Source: Chrysemys picta bellii (Eukaryota). Taken from it: DNA of 64,000 bases. Each line of letters opens with the position of its first letter. The first letter of the stretch is position 1. Shown here one piece after another: positions 60,685-64,000 of this stretch. Under the pieces are notes generated by a model. That model did not search any database and was not told the DNA's origin. It worked only from the letters and a program-made list of their open reading frames with translations. The stretch lies in contig NC_088809.1 of NCBI RefSeq assembly GCF_011386835.1, forward strand, positions 9,672,001 through 9,736,000, in the 5' to 3' direction. The translations under genes were made by a program, and so were the position numbers.

Positions 60685-62269
60685 AGTCCGGGCAGCGCCA
60701 GGTTCCCTACGCTGGAGCCTTGCGAAGGAGGGGGCATAATGGGGAGCAGTGAAAGCTGCCCCCCAGTTGGAGATCAGGGAGCTGCCCCTATTCCCCTCTC
60801 CCCCAGTGCCAGCCCCTATGGGCAGCAAGGAGGGAAGAGATCCGTGCTGGCCGGGGGGGGGCGGGAAATCGGTGCACAAGGGGGCTGTGGCCAAGCCTAG
60901 TCACCCCCGCCCCTTCTAGCGTCTTTAGGGGATCAATGACCCCCCCCACCAGGCCGCTCCCCCAGTGGCTGGGGGATGAAGTGGTGCAACACCCCCCTCC
61001 CAGTGCCTGTCTGCCCTGGGGAGTGTCAGTGGAATGAAGCAAGGGGCTCCCCCCCAAACGGCTCCTTTAACAAGGGGGCGGGGGTGAGCCTGGGCACTGA
61101 GAGGGGAAAGAGCTGGTTTGGGGGAGACGTGCCCAGTTAGCTCAGGGGCAGCCCAGGCTCAGCAGGGAGGGGAAATCCCCCCCCCCCCATCCACCTTGCC
61201 TCCAGTGACACTCGCACAGTAGTGGGGGATCAGAGACAGGCTCATTCATAAAAAAAAGATGGAGACGTGCCCAGAGTGGTGCTGCTTCCACGTCCTTCCA
61301 GCAGCGTTTCGACCTGGCCCCGTGTAGGCGCTTCAGGGCAGGGACTGGCTCGTGCTGGGGCTGGATTAATTAGTGCTGGATACATGTCACGCCCCATGGT
61401 ATTTAAATTACAAAGGAGGAAATGGAGTTAGGGAGCATCTAACGTGCAGCCGGGCCCAGGAGTCGTGTGCGGGGCGCTTTTGTCATTCGTGGCTTTAGTT
61501 ATTCCTCCACTTGTGCCACCTGCTGTGGGTCAGATCTAAAGAGTAGCACCTGTAATGTCAATTCACTTCCATAGAGCTGCAGATGCTGGCGTCTGGGACA
61601 GGGTGTTCAGCTGAGAGAAGCCCCAGTCAGGCTCTCGCTGGAATCAGTCGCGGAGCAAGGTCAGGCCTGAGAACCCTGTGCTGAGGCTCCAATCCTGCAA
61701 ATAATGACACACGAGCCAATTGGGGGATAAGGGGCGTTCGCCCCTTCAGTGCCTCCCAAGGTTTTTGCACTTGCTTAAGGTTCCGTAGGCCTCGGAGCCA
61801 GGGGCAGGCCATGACCTCGGACTGCTGGGCTGCGTTAGGCAGTGGTCCCATATGAAATCGCTCCGGCTGCACGGCCGAGGTGCCTGACTGACCCTCTCTA
61901 CAGACGGAAGGGTGGCCGGCGCAAATGGTGTTGCGACCTGGCACATGAGGGGAGTCTGTTCCCGTATAGGAGCTCATGGGAGTGTGCCAACACACTGCGG
62001 GTAAAGGAGCGGAGACTCTCTAGCCAGGGAGCCCCAGGGTCCCTGGAGTGGGGGACTGAGCGGGGATGAGAACAGGGTCCCTGCTAGGAGTGCGGAGCTG
62101 GTAGCAAGGACTGGAGTTTGCTCTTGTCCCTAACCCCCACGAAATGTCTGAACTGCCGCTACTGACACATGCCTAGCATTGATCACGGGAGTTGTCCCGT
62201 TGACTTGAAGGGCGCACACCCATGAATGAAGTTTCCTATGGATTTAAGAGTTTGCAGGATCGGACCTTA

Positions 62270-62512
62270 GGGTGCGTCTACACTTAAAACGCTGTAGGGC
62301 TTCAGTGTAGACGCTAACTATGCCAGCGGGAACGTAGGTACTCCACCTCCCCGAGAGGCAGTAGCTACGTCAATGGCAGAATTCTTCCGTCAGCCTAGCA
62401 CTGTCTCCGTGGGGACTTAGGTTGGCTTCGCTACACTGCTCGGAGGTGTGGATTTTTCACACCCCTGAGCGACGTAGTTATGCCAACCTAGTTTCCTAGT
62501 GTAGACCAGGTC
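62270..62512. mobile_element. PIF/Harbinger-like MITE
   Basis: GTCTACACT / AGTGTAGAC terminal cores with TTA at 62267-62269 and 62513-62515 (3-bp TSD). Confidence 0.75.
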
Positions 62513-63289
62513 TTAGAGAGCATATGATGTCACTGTCTGAGATCAAGAATATGATCCAGGATCCTGTTTGTGAGAAATAGCCCCGTGCGAGTTATATTTA
62601 TTCTTATAGACCCAGTGCCCTGTTGATCTAGGCACCGTGTAAACACAGAACAAAGAGACGGTCCCTGTCCCAAAGGCTTTACAATCGAAGTAAACACTTA
62701 GGCCAAGCACTCAGTCTTCTGTTGCAAGTGAAAAATTAGGATGTTGTTGCTGGATTTTTGGTCTCTTAAGTGACAGGTTTAACATTGCAACAAAAAATGA
62801 CGTGATGTGATGAATTTGTTTAATCTGTTTGCCAATAAGGCTGATAGAGTTAAGGGTTTGCCTAGAGTAAATAAAATAAGCTTTGGCCAGATTGAATTAA
62901 AATCTAATTTCCCTCCAAGAGGCAATGACTGGGAAATGGAGGGTTTGTTCAGCTGCAATTGTTTAACTCTTTCTGGGCCTCCGTGATTTAGCAAAATAAG
63001 CAATTGAAGAATCGATCAGATCTGCCCAACCAAATGACTGAAGTTAATTTCATAATTGTGTTCCGAAAGGTGGCACTGGTGGTGCCAAAGCGTAGCTGCA
63101 GTTCTTAGCAAAAACTTTACTGTGCTGCCCCTCCACTTCAAGAAAGGAAATTTTGGAGAGTTGCATCTAATCTAATCTATTGGTTTTATACTGCTGCAGT
63201 GCCTGAGACCCTTCTATGTAAAATCGGTAGCAATAAGGAAGTTTCTGGTGAATTTCATAGGGGGTCATTTTGGGGTGGGCAGTGGCTGG

Positions 63290-63570
63290 AAGATGACGCT
63301 TAGACAAATTCAACCTTGAAAGAAGACAATTTCCGAGCAGTGAGGGTAGCTAAACATTGGAACAGTTTACCAGGGGAGGTGGTAAACTCACCATCATTTA
63401 GAGTCTTTAAAATGAGATGAGATCTTCCTAGAATGTGTTTTTTAATCCAGCCTCTAGAGTCTTTAAAATGAGATGAGATCTTCCTAGAATGTGTTTTTTA
63501 ATCCAGCTTCTGGGGGAGATTCTGCAGCCTGTGTGTGCAGAAACTGTGACTGGATAGTTGTATGGTCTGT
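63290..63570 (+). mobile_element. CR1 LINE 3' fragment with internal 56-bp tandem duplication
   Basis: ACAAATTCAACCTTGAAA...AAACATTGGAACAGTTTACCAGGGGAGGTGGTAAACTCACCATCA...GTCTTTAAAA resembles the CR1 ORF2 end. Confidence 0.8.
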
Positions 63571-64000
63571 TCTGGTCTTGGAGTCTGAGAGTCCCCCTGT
63601 TCGTTCCCTTCCTTTATGGTCCAGGGTGAAAATAGGAAGCTCTGTGTTGCCCTCAGTGTGCTCATAACTCTGCTTTAAAATAGAGACTATAATCAAATCA
63701 AATCTCATGCTTCAGGTAGATGCCTGTCAGGGTCAGGAAGGAATTTTTTCCCCCCAATGCACAATTGGCCTGATCTGTTCTGGGCTTTTTCACCTTCCTC
63801 TTTCTCAAATGCTTGTCTGCTGTGTCTTGTTCATGTGGCCAGGGTCCAACTGATGACCAGATATGAGATTAGGAAGGGATTTTTCCTACTGGTCAGATTG
63901 GCTGTGTCCGTGTGCGTGTATGTGTGTGGTGCCGGGGGGAATAAGGAGAGGGTTGCCTTCCTCTGCAGCATGGGGTATGGATCACTTGCTGAGATCATAT

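Larger units (their letters stand above)
59950..60900. promoter_or_regulatory. CpG island / SGSM2 promoter with CRE (TGACGTCA 60278-60285) and YY1-like AAGATGGC (60300-60307)
   Basis: GC/CpG-rich; perfect palindromic CRE about 180 bp upstream of the ATG. Confidence 0.75.

Overview
Vertebrate genomic window, almost certainly from a hidden-necked turtle (a tortoise polIII-type tRNA-derived SINE with a CR1 tail, Penelope/CR1 repeats and sauropsid-like protein sequences). Gene order: 3' end of NLK (+, last 4 coding exons and long 3'UTR), complete TMEM97 (+, 172 aa), complete IFT20 (-, 132 aa), complete TNFAIP1/BACURD2 (+, 313 aa) sharing a CpG-island bidirectional promoter with IFT20, and exon 1 of SGSM2 (+). 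Exon boundaries were derived by hand from GT/AG sites and frame continuity. Gene names come from recalled similarity to human orthologues, not from a database search. Most notable non-genic structure: (1) five Penelope-derived minimal hammerhead-ribozyme motifs, including a 129-bp ribozyme-plus-tail insertion with 12-bp target-site duplications and a GIY-YIG-encoding Penelope with inverted arms in an NLK intron; (2) six ZNF143/SBS-type motifs, five of them at 41-42 bp spacing, in the IFT20/TNFAIP1 promoter; (3) GC-rich minisatellites at the start of all three CpG-island first introns, one of them about 30 units that mimic the TNFAIP1 exon-1 splice donor. One 148-nt N gap. Most ORF-track entries are spurious.
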